A program made the translations under genes and the position numbers. From Eledone cirrhosa (Eukaryota): a stretch of DNA of 64,000 nucleotides. Within the stretch, counting starts at the first letter, position 1; every line of letters starts with the position of its first letter. Under the pieces are notes generated by a model. It did no database searches and had not been told where the DNA came from. It was given only the letters and a program-made list of their open reading frames with translations. The stretch is taken from positions 275,528,001 through 275,592,000 of the forward strand of contig OZ024743.1 in NCBI GenBank assembly GCA_964016885.1, read 5' to 3'. Below are positions 61,041-64,000 of the stretch, piece by piece.

Positions 61041-61445
61041 GACCATAATACATGACTGGTATTTTATTTTATCGACCTGGAAGAACGAAAGGCAAAGTTG
61101 ACCTCGGTGGGATTTGAACTGAGAACGTAAAGAACCATAACTAAATACCATAAAACATTTCGTCCGACGCTCTAAAGATGCTGCCAATCACGATAAAATA
61201 CAACTTGCCTATACAGGTTTCTGACTTATATATAATTAGTCTTTATTATCTATTTATATACTTTGTTTATTGATTTATTTATTTACTTATTTAATTTTGT
61301 ATATGCATGCGATCAATAAATGGATCAAGGATTTCATGATGGGGTCGAAGGTAAAAAGATTTAGGGGCCCTGATCTGTACATTGAATGCATTGGTCGTTT
61401 AATTAATTTTTTTTTTTTTTTTTTGTCTAAAACATGCTCGGCTAG

Positions 61446-61638
61446 GATTCAAGAATTTCAGCTGGAGTTGGAATCTGTCGTCCAGCAAAAGAAACAATTA
61501 GAAATGTTAGTGACGGAACTTTCTGGAAATCTTCGCCAGGTGACTTCCAAGGTTGATTCTCAACATTCAAAACTCTCAAATACTGTTAGTGAAGTTATAA
61601 TGTCTACGAAACGGTTAGAAAATGAACAGAGAATGGCT
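61446..61638 (+). CDS. Next coding exon of the host coiled-coil protein
   Basis: Poly-T tract then TAG acceptor; AA+G restores Lys in frame with 45532-46026; IQEFQLELESVVQQKKQLEML...RLENEQRMA; donor GTATGT. Confidence 0.82.
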
Positions 61639-61811
61639 GTATGTATCAAAGTACTTTTTTGTTTTATATTCTATTGACCCATCATCTATCCACAAAACAT
61701 TATTCAAATAATGTGTATCTTTGTGTGTGTGTGTATATATATCCCCCAGAATGTTTCCGCTTCTTCCTCTTCCCACTTTCTTCTATCTTTCTATTTCTTC
61801 TTTTATCTTTC

Positions 61812-61856
61812 AGTCTATCTTCTGATGAAAGACTAACATCCGAAACGTTAGTCTTT
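61812..61856 (+). ncRNA. Minimal hammerhead-like motif (homolog at ~10282-10318, minus strand)
   Basis: CTGATGA (61822-61828)...CGAAACGTTAG; stem II weak. Confidence 0.5.
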
Positions 61857-61922
61857 TTTGTACTATATCAAGCGTTAAACTAATATATATTTTCATTGTA
61901 CTGAATCGTTTTCCTGTATTGT

Positions 61923-61955
<33 letters not shown>

Positions 61956-62624
61956 CTGTGTTTACGGAATATTCTTTTTAGTCAAGAAGGGAAGAGATGT
62001 GCTCATGACCCCTTCCAATGCCACCGATACTGATGGGAGGAAGTATTCTTAAACTAGAGACCTTTTCCGAATGCCTGCTAAAAGCACCCAAGAGCCAGGT
62101 GGTCATGTTAAACCAGGCAAAGAGTTAAGTATACCACCCAAGTAGACCATGGAGGATTTGAATGCAAAAGGCTGTAGCAAATCCTGCAAGGCATTTTGTA
62201 CGATGTTGTTTTTAGCAATTCTGCCAATCCATCGCCCTGAACTAATACTATATTTATCGATCCCTAAAGAATGAAAAGCAAAGTTGATTTCGGTGATGTT
62301 TGAACTCAGAACACAGACTCAGAGAGCCACAACAACCAGCGCAAGACATTTTGTCCTAGGCTCTGACGACTCGCTGACTTGTAGCTCTTTGAAATACTTT
62401 GCCGATTTTCTCATCCTTTAATGAAGAGCACAACCCCACATCTCCAGTGAAGAGCTCTGCCTTAATCATTAGATATTTCCTTTCTTTATAGCAACCTAAC
62501 ACACATCGTATTTCATTTTACTGTACGTTAGGTTGTCGCCCCTTTTTTCTCACTAACTAATACAATAAATAACTTTTCATACTTTATACATAACAATGGG
62601 CCGTGTATTCGGTATACACTATCC

Positions 62625-62815
62625 CTGCGTGCCATAAGAAGCAACTAAAATGGTTAGTGCCAGGAAGGGCATCCGGCTGTAAAACATTGCCTCAAACAGT
62701 CCCGTCTAGCCCATGACAGCATGGAAAAGTCAACGTAAAAACGATGATGACGACGATGGTGGTGGTGGTGGTGGTGGTGGTGGTGATGATGATGATGATG
62801 ATGATGGTGATGAAC
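62625..62815 (+). mobile_element. RTE-type 3' tail with (TGA/TGG)n
   Basis: GAAGGGCATCCGGCTGTAAAA...CATGGAAAAGTCAACGTAAAAACGATGATG resembles the RTE 3'UTR at 34871-35030. Confidence 0.6.
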
Positions 62816-64000
62816 TTGAAATTTTTCTTCTTTTTTTTTTTGAAAACGTGATGTTTTTATATTATTTGTCATTTAATTCTTCCAGCAAGATGCTTTGAAA
62901 AAATCCCTCCAAAACAGAACAGATCCTGCTTCAATTTTCCTTAGAGAACAAATTGAATCGAGGTGAGTCTTTGGAATTTCTTTATTTTCAACTATGATTT
63001 CTATTATAAATTTTGATTTATTTCTGCAACGCTTGTATCTACAAAATGAGAACTTAATGGATTTATATGTCTCATATTATGAATTTCTTAAGATGGATGC
63101 CCAGGGAAAATAGGTTTTGAAAAGTTCTTGCAAGCTGATTCACACATGAGATATGCCCAAGTTGTCAAATGCTTTGTAAGTGAATTTAGCTGTGCATCAT
63201 TGTTGGGTAACACATTCTCTCTCAGAGATAGGTTCTGAAGTATAAGTCAAACTAGTCACATGTATGTCAATCAGATAATGTTAGTGTAGTAGAATAATTG
63301 TTAATTGTTACAGGGGAAAAGATGATGCTCTAGAAAGGAGCAACAGCAGAGGCATAAAACTGATAGGGCAAGTTATGAAAGTAATGGGTTGGCATATAAC
63401 TCTTATTTTCAGTGGAGTAGAATCCATTACAGTAGTGGTGGAATATAATACAGAGTTAAAACGTATGTATCTTGTTATGAAAAGAATAGTTATATGGTAC
63501 TAGTTAGTGTAGGTCTTCCTGCCAGAGGGAGAAGTTTTCTCGAAATCAGCCAAGAATGTGTATCTGTAAATGTTTGCTGTGGTGTCTTGGATATGTGAGT
63601 AACATGTGAGTAATACATATTGGTGTTTTATAAAGGATTAACTGTCGAATAAGGATAAATTATCTTTTAACTGTGGCGGAGATGTATTTGTTTTGTAAGG
63701 TTTTTGCTGTGAAATCGTGTGTTGAAACAGATATTGTTATTTTGGGGAGGGTCATGTTGTTCTTTTATTGCCAGAAAAATGATGTTGCAGATATGTGTGA
63801 TGAAAGAACTCTGAGAAACTATATTTATATTTATATTTTCAACTGTTGGTCAACCAGTGATAAACATTGCTTGCCAGCTGAATTATAAATAATAATTTAT
63901 AGAAATATAAAGATATACTGAAGCAAAAACCAAACCAAACAGTGAGTGTGTTTTACTATATTTTTTGGCAATATTAGAACAACATGACCCTCTCCAAATA

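Noticed and set aside
63300-64000. Possible RTE and PLE remnants and a short inverted repeat at the window end
   Set aside because: Only faint motif similarity and truncated by the window edge

Overview
Repeat-saturated, AT-rich eukaryotic DNA; the SINE and microsatellite make-up suggests a mollusc, probably an octopus-type cephalopod (inference). The only host coding signal is two phase-compatible exons of a coiled-coil protein (45532-46026 and 61446-61638, + strand, 15.4 kb intron). The rest is mobile DNA: a compact 4.1 kb Ty3/Gypsy-like LTR element (5-bp TSD), a near full-length L1/Tx1-like LINE with 5' monomer repeats, two Penelope-like elements (PLEs) with coding remnants, a complete hAT/Buster transposon (TIRs, 8-bp TSD), RTE, CR1 and CRE-like LINE fragments, bipartite non-autonomous RTE elements, Helitron ends, tRNA-derived SINEs and kilobase (TA)n-type arrays. 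Two things stand out. (1) About 15 minimal hammerhead-ribozyme-like cores, most inside or beside (TA)n tracts, many in inverted repeats; some repeat axes fall on a hairpin such as hammerhead stem II. (2) The LTR element's primer-binding site is complementary to the 5' end, not the 3' end, of tRNA-Phe. All coordinates were read by eye; no searches were run.
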